Shown here piece by piece: positions 12,019-22,998 of a stretch of DNA of 64,000 nucleotides. The notes beneath the pieces are model-generated. The model searched no databases. It was given only the letters and a program-made list of their open reading frames with translations, and was not told the origin of the DNA. Numbering within the stretch: the first letter of the stretch is position 1; each line of letters opens with the position of its first letter. Origin of the DNA: Pachysolen tannophilus NRRL Y-2460 (taxonomy: Eukaryota); the NCBI GenBank assembly GCA_001661245.1, contig KV454011.1, positions 523,498 through 587,497 of the forward strand, read 5' to 3'. A program made the position numbers and the translations under genes.

Positions 12019-13413
12019 AAGAAAGAAGAAAAGAAACACGTAAAAATAACTCCAGCAATGAAGCTTTTCTATTTCCTTAGTTTTGCCCCGTATTAGGACA
12101 TTTCTTTTTCTTTTTTTTTTTTTTTTCAGTAAAAATCGCATATCTATTCATCGTCGTCATAAAGCCTGAACTACATTGAGAACTTTGTAACTAAGTCTAC
12201 TACCATGGTTAAATAAAAAATTTTTGAAATTGAATTTCACTTGAATTTAGAAAAAGAATTTAAAATAAATTAAGACCTTAAAATACTCAATGGTAAAAAA
12301 TTTCGGATATTGAATTTATAGCCTACAATTGAGAAACTTTTCATTTTGAAAAATATATAGGAGTTAAGCTTGATATTTTCGAGGTTAAATAATCAGATAT
12401 AATAAATAATATACAACGGAATAAATTTTCCAGCTTAAATTTATAGTCTCAGTTTAAAAGGCAATCTTTATATAAAATAGTCAAGCATCTAGAATGTATA
12501 GTTGTGTTCTCCAATAAACGTTATCACATATAGAGCCTGAATCTACAGTTTGCATGGTTAGTTTTAACATTAAGCCTTTTTCTAAATAAGACCACTTAAA
12601 TTTTGTATCTGCACAAATACCTGGGCAGAGAGAGACACATTTTTTCTACACCTGAATTCTCTCTATCAAGATACATATATTATAGTATTAACTGTAGAAT
12701 GGAGTATTATACATTGAAAGCAGCGTAAATTAATGAAAATCCAGTTTAAAGAGACTTATGCCTTGAAAATAAAATTAAATGCATGATGCGCTTGCATGCA
12801 TCCTGCAACGCATGTCCAAACTCTAAATCCAATTGACTTTTTCTTTTTCAAAAAAAATACAAAAAAATATTTAGCACTGAAAAAAAAAAAGATTACTTAC
12901 TGATGAATATCAAAAGGGATTCTTCAAAAAACTGTAAATCAAAAATTACGGAAGATTATATATATAGTTCAGTAATCCCAACTTTTGTTTAGTTTTTAAA
13001 AAGTTCTGTTTTCTTCTTTCAAAGATCAAAAGAGTTGGTTGAATTCTAAACTTATTTGCTAATTCTTTTAATATCATTTCTCTTTAGTCATTTGCTTTTT
13101 TTTTTTGTTTTGTTTTTTTTTCTGGTTTTCTTCTTTGCTTTTTTTCATTACATTATAACAAAGTCGATTTTTTGAAAAGGAAAATTGATAAAAATATAGA
13201 AAAAAGTTCAACATAATAGACTCAACCATTGTTTAGTTTGTTTTCGTTTTCATCTTCATAGTCATCGTCATTAAAGTTTTTTATTTTTCTTTCTTTTTTT
13301 TTCTTTTACTTTTCTTTGCTGGTCGATTTTTATTTTAACGTTTTAACATTTTTAACGAACTCGTTCATTTTTTTTTATTTTCTTTTTGCATAGTCATTGA
13401 CTCACAAGCTTTG

Positions 13414-13470
13414 ATGCTACAAGAAAGAAAAACAATTATTATTCATTCTTTGATCTTCATCTATAGCTAA
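13414..13470 (+). promoter_or_regulatory. Candidate uORF (18 codons) in the cyclin leader
   Basis: ATG CTA CAA GAA ... TAT AGC TAA; the only ATG I find between 12906 and the cyclin start. Confidence 0.5.
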
Positions 13471-13601
13471 CTTTTTTTTTTTTTTGTTTTCATCATAACG
13501 CATCTTATTTTTTTGAAAAATCTTGAAAAATTTTTCCCCTTATTTAGCAATACTGAAATATTTTAGTTTTCGTATTTACATATATATAACAGACTCAAGC
13601 T

Positions 13602-14810
13602 ATGTCGACCTCACCAGATCAATATCAACTGAAAAGAGAGAGAATTTCGGATTTGAAATCCAATGATTTATCTCTTGTCGGTATGGAGTTAAGATCACAT
13701 TCCAATACCATGGAAGAATATTCCAAATCAATATTATATTGTCATTTAGAGTTGGAAAATATATATAAACCATTGCCGCTGTTGATTTCACAGCAACCAG
13801 AAATCAAACTGAAGATGAGATACTTGGTCATTGATTATTTGTTGGATATTATTAACAAGTATCAATTAAGTCATGAAACATTTTTCACTACAATTAATAT
13901 AATGGATAGATATTCATCTGTGAGGATTGTAAGGAAAAACCAATACCAATTAGTTGGTCTTTGTTGTTTATGGATTTCAAGTAAATATCATGAAAAAAAG
14001 TCAAAGATTCCTCCTTTAGATCATTTAATCAAATTATGTTGTAATTGTTATAATAAGAAACTTTTTTTAGAAATGGAAAAACATGTATTGAGCTCTATTG
14101 ACTGGTGCTTAAGCTCAAACTTGGAAAACTTGTTGGATTTGATCATTTCTAAACAAGAGCAGCAACAAAAGCAAAGCTCTTCACCGGTGGACTTGAGCGA
14201 TTTAAAAGAATGTTGTATCTACATGTGTTCATTGGCACAATTTGGTAAGATAAGTTTACATCATAAGGCCAGTATTGTTGCATGTGCTTCATTATCATTA
14301 TCGTTAAAGGCTTTAAATTCAAATACAACATCTTTATTGAATAACAATTTAGAAGTTTCATTGGTTCGGTTATTATTTAATGCTGTACCAAGCTCTATGG
14401 TGACTAAATCTAAAACACCAGCTGTGTTAAAATTGAAAACTTTTTACAAAGAATTGATGATGATTTCATCATCACCTTTAAACAGAATAGATAATAATGA
14501 ACAACTCTTGACACCTCCTGGTAGTTCGAAAAGCAGTGTTATAGATGCAGGTATCAATAATTACATTGTTATTCCAACAACACCATTAGCTAACGAGATA
14601 TCATCAATAAACGATCCGGCACACATTTCTATATACCCATCACCAGTGGATATTAATACCAATAATGACTCTGGAAATCCAATTACCCCTCCACAATCTG
14701 AATCCAGTATAAAGAGAAAATTTGAATACGAAGATGAAAGCTTTAACGAATATAACTCTGTTAGCAAAAGATTTCATTACGATTCAACAGAATTTTTCTA
14801 CGAAAACTAA
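13602..14810 (+). CDS. CLN3: G1 cyclin, Cln3-like
   Basis: Cyclin box QQPEIK.KMR..VIDYL, DRYSS.RIV, YQLVGLCCLWISSKY, EMEKHVL; C-terminal PEST region with TP/SP sites. Confidence 0.75.
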   Translation: MSTSPDQYQLKRERISDLKSNDLSLVGMELRSHSNTMEEYSKSILYCHLELENIYKPLPLLISQQPEIKLKMRYLVIDYLLDIINKYQLSHETFFTTINIMDRYSSVRIVRKNQYQLVGLCCLWISSKYHEKKSKIPPLDHLIKLCCNCYNKKLFLEMEKHVLSSIDWCLSSNLENLLDLIISKQEQQQKQSSSPVDLSDLKECCIYMCSLAQFGKISLHHKASIVACASLSLSLKALNSNTTSLLNNNLEVSLVRLLFNAVPSSMVTKSKTPAVLKLKTFYKELMMISSSPLNRIDNNEQLLTPPGSSKSSVIDAGINNYIVIPTTPLANEISSINDPAHISIYPSPVDINTNNDSGNPITPPQSESSIKRKFEYEDESFNEYNSVSKRFHYDSTEFFYEN

Positions 14811-16925
14811 ATAACTATTAAGGACCATTTTTTTTAATGCAGCATCGAAGTACTTTTTGAAAATACTTTTTCTTTTTTTTTTATTTTCTACTATTATTAT
14901 TATTACTATTATTATTATTAATTATTATTATTAATTATTATTATTCTTGTTACTTTCATTTTCATTTAATTTTATCTCAAAGAGATCTTTATCTATTGGC
15001 TTCGAAACTTAAAATATAAAGAAAGTTGAAAAAAAAAGACAAAAAACAACAAGAAAAAAAAAGAAAAAAAAAGAAATTAGAAAGAGGAAAAGAAAAAAGA
15101 ATTTAGAAAAATTTTAGAATTAAAAGGGTCGGAATGCTTTTTTTAATCCATAGAGTACAACAAATAAGAAAGAAATTTTTTTTTAAAAAAAACGGATGGA
15201 TAGAAAAATAAACCATGGAATGCTGTGTATATGATTTTTTACAAGAAAACCTTTCAAAAATGGTATTATTGTTTGTTGTTTTTTTCTTTTTTTTTTTTGA
15301 AGTGGCTTTTAATTAATTTATTTTTACTTTTACTTTTATGTTTGGAGTGTGATTTGAATTTTTCAATTTTTATTTGTTAACTGCTTGTTAAATATTATAT
15401 ATAACTTCACTTATTTTATTTTCATTATGGATTTTATGTTGCATTGTAGTATCCAATAATATGCTTATAGTTTATTTTAATAGTAAGACTTTATTTTAAT
15501 TTTTTAGTTTTGATATAGGTATAATTAAAATAATTGTAGAGTGAGTGAGTGATTGAGTGAGAGCGAAAGTGATTGAGAGTGATTCTTTTACTTTTTAAGG
15601 TTGTGATGAGAGAAAACTAAAATTATTACAAATTGTTTTAATTTTTTCACGTTAGACTAATAAATGAAACTAGCGACATTTTCGACTGCTTAATAATTGT
15701 CCAAAAAGAGGAGGAGGATGGAACCTAGGTACTAATGTACACAAGGTACTAATTATAACAATAATAAGTTTCCCCCTATTTTCTATCCAGGGGAACAACT
15801 ACAGCGTATCTGTATAACTTTATAGTAACTCTAACTAATATTGAATTTGAGGTTTATCCTATTTAAAATAACAAAGGTAAAATCAATATACAACCTCATT
15901 TTTTTAATGAATTGTGGTTTTTTTTTTGGAATTGAAAATTCTTTATATAAAAAAAAAGGTTTAGCATAATTAATTTATAATTCAATTATTATAATATTAA
16001 AAGAAAACCCCAGCTACAAATTATGTGTCTCTCTGCATTCAATCAATCTTACCAATAAAAGACCAAAAAAAAAAAAAAAAAAAAAAAAAACAAGGAATGG
16101 CTAGAATTTATTCATATTTTGAACAAAAAAAAAAGCCTTGTATTAAAATACGAGAATCGTAGTAATATTATCACAGAAAAGTCTCAAATTTTTACTCAGT
16201 TAAATGAATTTTCAATATTTATTCACATGTTACTTTTACATATTAAGAAAACAGCAATCAAGTTATCACATCATCACACGTATTATATCTGTAATAATCT
16301 CTAATTTTACTCTTTTTAATAAATAATACATTTTACGGCTAAATACCTTGTAGAGGTCAAAACCTTCTTTAAAAAGAGGTATTAAAGATATTTAATACCC
16401 TTAGTTACGGTACTATACATTAATAATTTTTTTTTTTAAAAAAAAAAAAAAAAGTGATTTAAAAACGGTAGAAATTTGAATAATTTAAGTTTCATAAATA
16501 TTATTATTATATCATCGAACGTAAAAATCACCAAGCGTCATTTTGGAATTACTGAAACTTTTTTTTTTTTTTTCTTTTCTTTTAAAAAAAACACAAAAAA
16601 AACACCACAATATAATAACCTATTTTGAATAAAAAAGAGTTTGGGCGAACTTGTTGATGGGCAATTAACCCTTGCTTTTTTTTTTTATTCGCACTTAAAA
16701 GTTACCTTTTTTAAAATCATTATTAATATTTTAATAGTTTTTTTTTCTTCTACTTTTTTAAAAGATATTTTGAAACTTGAAGTTCCTGCTATATTTAAAC
16801 CCTTTAAAGCCATACAGTTATAAGTAGCAACGAATAATAATTGATTTAGTTTTTTTTAAAAAAAAAACTGTAGTAATATGGTAAATTTTATTTATTTTAT
16901 TTTATTTTATTTTTGACTTCATTAT

Positions 16926-17114
16926 CTGGGCTATAACCCAGGCAAAAAAAGGTAAAATGTCCCCGCGTTAGGTGGATCAGTTGAACTGGGCTTGAATATA
17001 AATAATGTTTGACCTGAGATCGGTCAAGCCCGAATGTGTCCCTCTCTGTCCCTCTGTCCTTCTGTCCTTCTGTCCCACTCTCACCGCCTAACTTGGTCAA
17101 GTTTTTTTACCTGG
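16926..17114. other. GC-rich island with nested inverted repeats and an internal (CTGTCCYT)n tandem repeat
   Basis: Arms 16938-50/17102-14, 16967-75/17084-92 and 16988-95/17024-31; tandem repeat about 17037-17076. Confidence 0.6.
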
Positions 17115-19212
17115 CGATCTCTATTTCCCCCCTCCCTTTCTAGAATATCTATATATATATATATATATAGATATGTATACATATACATATATAATACCGA
17201 TAAAAGAAAGTAACAGATACGAAAAATCCCTCTAAACTGGCGTTTTACTATTTTATTATTATTTTATATTTTTTTTTGCTCAATTAAGTATTTTTTACTG
17301 AAAGAATTAGAAAAAGACCCAAAAAAAAAAAAAAAGGTTTAAAATTTCAATCAATTAATCAATAGTAAAAATTTAAGATCTCCAATTTTTTTTTTATTAA
17401 TTACTTCAATTTTGAACCTCAAATTTTAAAAAAGAAAAAGATTTCGTCACCAGGACTGTAAGGAAATATATATAAGTTAAAGACAAAAAAATACAAGGAT
17501 TCAAAAAAAAACAAAAACTTGTTATTTTTAATATAGGCCTAGTTATCTAAATATCTACATATATATAATAATACATACATAAATATATGTATGTATTTTA
17601 ATTATATTATTTTCAATCAATAATACCGCGATAGATGAGAATGAAAATATAGTTTAAAAGATAAATTTTATTTTATTTTAAAAAATCTTTTAAGAAGGGC
17701 TATAAATATAATATAAATTATATTTGATTTTGGCCCTTTTATTTAAGATCACATTTATTCATTTACATTTTTAACATTTTTACATCATTGTGCCGTACGG
17801 TTTAAAATGCAAGTTGAAATAGAATTTCTTAAATAGACGATACATTTCACTATTCTGGTACTTAATAAAAATATGAAAAAATAACGGAATTTTTTGGGCG
17901 GTACTATTAAAGGAAAGTTAAGGAACGAGTAGAGTATATCATTTTTCACTAAAATCTAAACATTCTATTTCCTCTTTTAGTAAATAACTTTTTACCTAAA
18001 ATTTTTTAGTGAACGGTGGAAAGAATTTGAAAAGTCTTGATTATCAGGATAGCTTACTGCTTTAATTTTTGACTAAAATTAAAGAGAAAAGAAAAGAAAA
18101 TTTTTTATTTTTATTTTTATTTTCCAAAAACAAAAAAAAAAGGTTACTTTTTGACTATGATAAAATAGAAGCTATTTTAACTATCATTCCAATGCAACAT
18201 TTAGTTATGTAAAAAAATTTAGTTTGTGCTACTTTTAGTGTCTTAGATATTATCGATAATTCGGTTAAAAAAAGTAGTAATTTTTACGTTTTCGGTATAA
18301 ATTGTATTATTTCTAGTAATTTATACCAAATTTTCAGTACTATTTTAGACATGATCACCAAATGCTTTTCTTTTCTTAAAAGTATTTCTTTTAAATTAAT
18401 TTAATTATAATTGGAAAAGCGCAATTTTTAACAAATAATGTACTGAAATTTTCTATTTAGATGTACGAACTCGAAGTTGATGTAATTTGTATAATTTATT
18501 TCTATGTCTAGATTTTTTATTTTAAAATCATGATCAGCAAAAATACAATGAATGAATACACCTTGATTAAATGTAGGCGTTCTTTGTTTTTTTTTTTTTT
18601 TTTTATTAACTGATTCCATTCTACTGGATTCAACGGATTTGATATTTTAAACTAAATCACTAAAACCTCTTTTTTTTTTCTTAAAAAAAAAGGACATAAC
18701 AGCTATTCCGCCAGTATTTATTTAGTTTGAACAGAAATGAGAGAATAAAAAAAAAAAATTTTTTTTATTTTTTTTTTTTTGAATAGTCTTGATTTTGTTT
18801 GGACAGGAAGAAGAAATGAAACTCATGTTCGAAAATCGAAAAGACAAGGAAGAAATTTAGTTTAAAAAAGAAAGTAAGTTATATTTAGAGCTTTCTTAAA
18901 TCCTATGCACAAAACAAGAAAATTAGAATCAAAGATTATAATAATAAACCCTTATATAAAATACCAAAACCGAATTGAGTCAACTCAATGCTTAAAGGGC
19001 AAAAAAAAAGAAAAAAGAGAGAGAATTAATTAACTCCTGCCATTCTAAACTAGAGGAAAATAATAAGAAAAAAAAAAGCTTTAAAGAATCAAAAATTATA
19101 ACCAGCACCAATTGAAAAATGAAAGCATTTTATCTCTAGTGTTTTTCAAAATCTAATAATTTTTTTTTTTTTATTTTTTTTTTAATTTGTTTTTTCAATT
19201 TTTCAATTTCTA

Positions 19213-20128
19213 TTAGAGAATCTTTCCAAATTTTTCATCCAAAACTCTATTCTTCATTCTCTCATACCATTCATCTAAGGTCTCATTGGTACCATGCAAC
19301 GCGATAATTATAATTGTCATATTATCAAAACCTACACCAGTTGTTGCGTTTGCTAAATATAAACATTGATCCAAGACAATTTCCACAATTTCATTAATTT
19401 TTTTACCATATGATAAATTTTTTCTAATTAAAGCAATTAATTCTTGATTTTTAAAACAATCCCATATACCATCACAAGCTAAAATTAAAAATTCATCTTG
19501 ATCAATGTTAATATCATGAATTAATATTTCAGGTTCAACAGTAACTTGATATTCTTCAGGTGGAGTTTTACTAAAATTTTTCTTTGCTCTTAACCTTAAA
19601 GGGATTGTTTTTTCATTTTTAAATGAAAAATCACCAAATGCTCTACTAAGTGCTAAAGTTCCATTAACTCTATTTAATGCAACATGACCTCCATCATTTC
19701 TAATTCTTAACATTTCTCCGAAATTATTAGGTTTATGATCATAAGATAAAGTCTTTGCCATCCCATTTATACTTAAAACACATCTTGAATCTCCTGTATT
19801 TCCTATTATTAATCGATTTTCCACTATTATAGACACTATTGCAGTAGAACCAGAATTTTTACATTCTTTATATAATTGATAATCACAATCTAAAAAACTG
19901 TCAACAACTAATCTTGGAATATTAATATTACTTAATACATCTAAACAAGATTTTTCAACAAATTCACTCTTGTTAAACTCAAGATCCAACGAATGTAGTA
20001 TTATTTCAGGTAAACGCTCATTTATATAGTTTGAAGTGCTATAACCCCCATGACCATCAAAAACTCCAAAAATGTTTATAGTGTATTCCTTCTTATCACG
20101 AACGCCATTTTCATCATTATGATCATGA

Positions 20129-20163
<35 letters not shown>

Positions 20164-20349
20164 AGTATCATCACCACTTAAGATCCTTCCCTTCCCACTC
20201 TCCACAACTAGTTTCGCAACTTTTTCACAATGAGCATCTTCCATAGTCAATCTATACCCTTGCATCTCCCCAATCGAGTAAGAAAGATGTTTTTGGGAAA
20301 AAGTCTTGATATGTTTTTCCGTTATTGGTTGTGATAACAACTGCCCCAT
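19213..20349 (-). CDS. PTC4: PP2C protein phosphatase
   Basis: MGQLLSQP, MQGYRLTMEDAH, FGVFDGHGG, GDSR, DHKP, ALSRAFGD, LACDGIWD, DNMT; adjacent to TPS1. Confidence 0.9.
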
Positions 20350-20824
20350 CTACGCTATCTCTCTAATACCAATACTAATGGGTTTCTTAAAATTAATTTA
20401 TTAATAAAATAAAACTATGGACTTTATATCAGCCAAAAAGAAAAAGGAAAAAAAATTATAACAACAACCAATTCCCATATAAATATATATATATATTTAT
20501 ATTTATAACTATAATTCAAATGGTCTTTTAAACGTTGAATCTAACTGATAACGCTTGATGTTTTTCATTTCTCCATTTCTCCAAGAGATAAAATTTTGCC
20601 AAAAAAAAAAAAAAAAAAAAAAACAATTTTGATTTTCGGCGAACTACCGTTTGTTTTATTCTCTCTTGAAACTTCTATTTCAACTTCATCTATATCAGTA
20701 TTCATCATTGACACGTAGTTAAGGGCAGTTCTAGGCCATTAGATAGGTCATTCCCACTAGAGAAGACCTGGTCTTAAAGTATCTAGAGCAAAGAAATTCA
20801 AGTCTCAAGCACTAAATTTTAGGA

Positions 20825-22240
20825 TCAGCTTTTGCCGTCCATCTTGTTCAATTCTTTAACAAAGTTTTCACCCCAATAAGAAGCCGTATACTTACTTATA
20901 TATTTGAATAATTTATCAAAGTTGTTCTTTTTTTTCTCTTCTGGTAAAGTCAAACATTCCAGGATTGCTTCGCACATTTCTTCTGTGTTCCATGGATTAA
21001 TTACGTGGGCACCATTTAAAGATTGTGCGGCTCCTGCAAATTCTGATAAAATCAATGAACCTTTTCTTTCTTGTTGACAAGCGATATATTCATAACTAAC
21101 TAAATTCATACCATCTCTTGTAGAACTAACAAGACAAATATCGCTCACCGAATATAATGAGATCAATTCATCAAATGGGATTGATTTATGCATAAAATGA
21201 ATAGGTACAAATTCTACAGTACCAAACTGGCCATTTATTCTTCCAACTAATTCGTTAACGGTCAGCCTTAAAGATTGATATTCTTCCACATCTCCACGTG
21301 AAGGTACTGCCAATTGTACTAGTACGACTTTACCAATCCATTCAGGATGTTCTGATAAAAAGATTTCAAAAGCATGTAATTTTTGAGGTACACCTTTAAT
21401 GTAATCTAATCTATCAACACCAACAATAATCTTTGTATCTTTAAACTTTTCCTTTAATATCTGTATTCTATCCAAAACAGGTTGTTTTTGAAGTCCAGTG
21501 ATGAATTTATCCACATCAATTCCAATTGGGTAAGCACCTATATGAACCATTTTATTATTATATTCAACACCATTTGGTAAAGTATTAACATTTAAGATTC
21601 TTTGTACAGATGATAAAAAATGTCTAACATAATCATAAGTATGGAATCCAATTAAATCACAACTTAAAACACCTTCTAAAATTTCTTTTCTAACTGGTAA
21701 TATTCTGTAAATTTCAGAAGAAGGAAATGGTGTATGTAAGAAAAACCCAATTTTAACATTTTTAATTCCTAATTCATCAATCTTTGATCTTAACATCTGA
21801 GGTAATAACATCAAATGATAATCATGCACCCAAACCAAATCATTTTCCTTAACAAAAGTTATAATACTTTCTGCAAAACTTTTATTAGCCTCGATATATG
21901 CAGCCCATGAATTTTCATCAAAATTCATCTCACCCGGATGATAATGGAAAAGAGGCCATAATATCGAATTGCTAAACCCATTATAATGTAAATCGGCAAT
22001 CTCATCACTCAAATAAATAGGTATACACTTGAATTTTTCTTGTAACTCAGCATTAACTTTCTTTTGTTCTTCTTCAGGAACTTCTAGCCCAGGCCAACCA
22101 AACCATTTAAAAGACTGCTTCAATCCTTGTAACGCCGTCACCAACCCACCTGAAGACATTGCATATCCATAATCACCACTCTCCTTCTTCTTAATTGTAA
22201 TTGGAATCCTATTGGAAACAACTAAAACGTCACCGGTCAT
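20825..22240 (-). CDS. TPS1: Trehalose-6-phosphate synthase
   Basis: VVSNRIP, SSGGLV, WPLFHY, WVHDYHL, FLHTPFPSSEIYR, GVDRLDYIKG, RDGMNLV. Confidence 0.99.
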   Translation of the reverse strand: MTGDVLVVSNRIPITIKKKESGDYGYAMSSGGLVTALQGLKQSFKWFGWPGLEVPEEEQKKVNAELQEKFKCIPIYLSDEIADLHYNGFSNSILWPLFHYHPGEMNFDENSWAAYIEANKSFAESIITFVKENDLVWVHDYHLMLLPQMLRSKIDELGIKNVKIGFFLHTPFPSSEIYRILPVRKEILEGVLSCDLIGFHTYDYVRHFLSSVQRILNVNTLPNGVEYNNKMVHIGAYPIGIDVDKFITGLQKQPVLDRIQILKEKFKDTKIIVGVDRLDYIKGVPQKLHAFEIFLSEHPEWIGKVVLVQLAVPSRGDVEEYQSLRLTVNELVGRINGQFGTVEFVPIHFMHKSIPFDELISLYSVSDICLVSSTRDGMNLVSYEYIACQQERKGSLILSEFAGAAQSLNGAHVINPWNTEEMCEAILECLTLPEEKKKNNFDKLFKYISKYTASYWGENFVKELNKMDGKS

Positions 22241-22998
22241 TCCTAATGATTATTTTGGAAAAAAAAAAAGAATACAATGAAAAAGATTTAACGATAATAA
22301 CAACACCACACAAATCAAAGAAATAGTAACTTAAATACAACTTCCAAGTCTTCAATTAATTGTTTTTTTCCCGCCGAAAATAAAGAAAAAAATTATCAAT
22401 TAATCTATTAATCAATCCAATTAATCAATCTATTAATTAATCAATAAATCAAGATAATAATTGCACTAATTTACAAACTAGATCTTATACTAATATCTCG
22501 TCACTAACGCTTTAAATATATATTATTGCTAACATATGGAACAGAAAACTCCTAAAGAAATTCCAGAAAATTTCCGTTTTAGAAACATTTCCGAATAGGG
22601 AAGTCAAAAAAGAAACCCATAAATATAACTTTTACGTAAGCTTAAGCTTAAAGGAAGAAGGTTCTTCATATGATAAGAAGTAACAGTAGAAAGAACTAAT
22701 AAATATCGATTAAAGGAAAAAAAAATAGCGATAGAATAAAGAGAAAAGTTTCAGAGTTGGATTGTTGAAATGAAAGAGAAACCTTTTGGAACAAAAGAAA
22801 AAAAAACAATATAAAAGGAAGAAAAACAGAACTGCTATCTATTAATGAAAAATTTTTGAAATGGTTTTTTTTTTTTTTTTTTTATTTTTATTTTATTTTA
22901 TTTTAATTTAGTTTAGTTTGATTGTTAATTTGTAATTTGTAATTGCCAAAAAGAGAAAGAAAAAAAAAAGAATAATGAAAGATAAATGTTGGTTGAGA

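Noticed and set aside
5993..12141. ORF-track entries of 140-220 aa made mostly of X
   Set aside because: They span N gaps and poly-A/T flanks and are artefacts.
16950..17114. Known ncRNA identity (RNase MRP/P, SRP, U1) for the GC island
   Set aside because: GTCCCCG and TTACCTGG resemble fragments only; the CR-V, SRP helix-8 and ACTTACCT/Sm context are missing.
20700..20820. GC-richer stretch after TPS1 with ATGATGA...CTGA on the minus strand
   Set aside because: The C and D-like boxes are only a few nt apart, and stop readthrough meets TAA within two codons.
21263..21265. CUG=Ser (Candida- or Ascoidea-type) reading
   Set aside because: It fits TPS1 and the CUE2 tract, but fits LIN1 KLD-x-FN, BUD5 RP-x-P and RMD9 less well than Ala. 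Disfavoured, not excluded.
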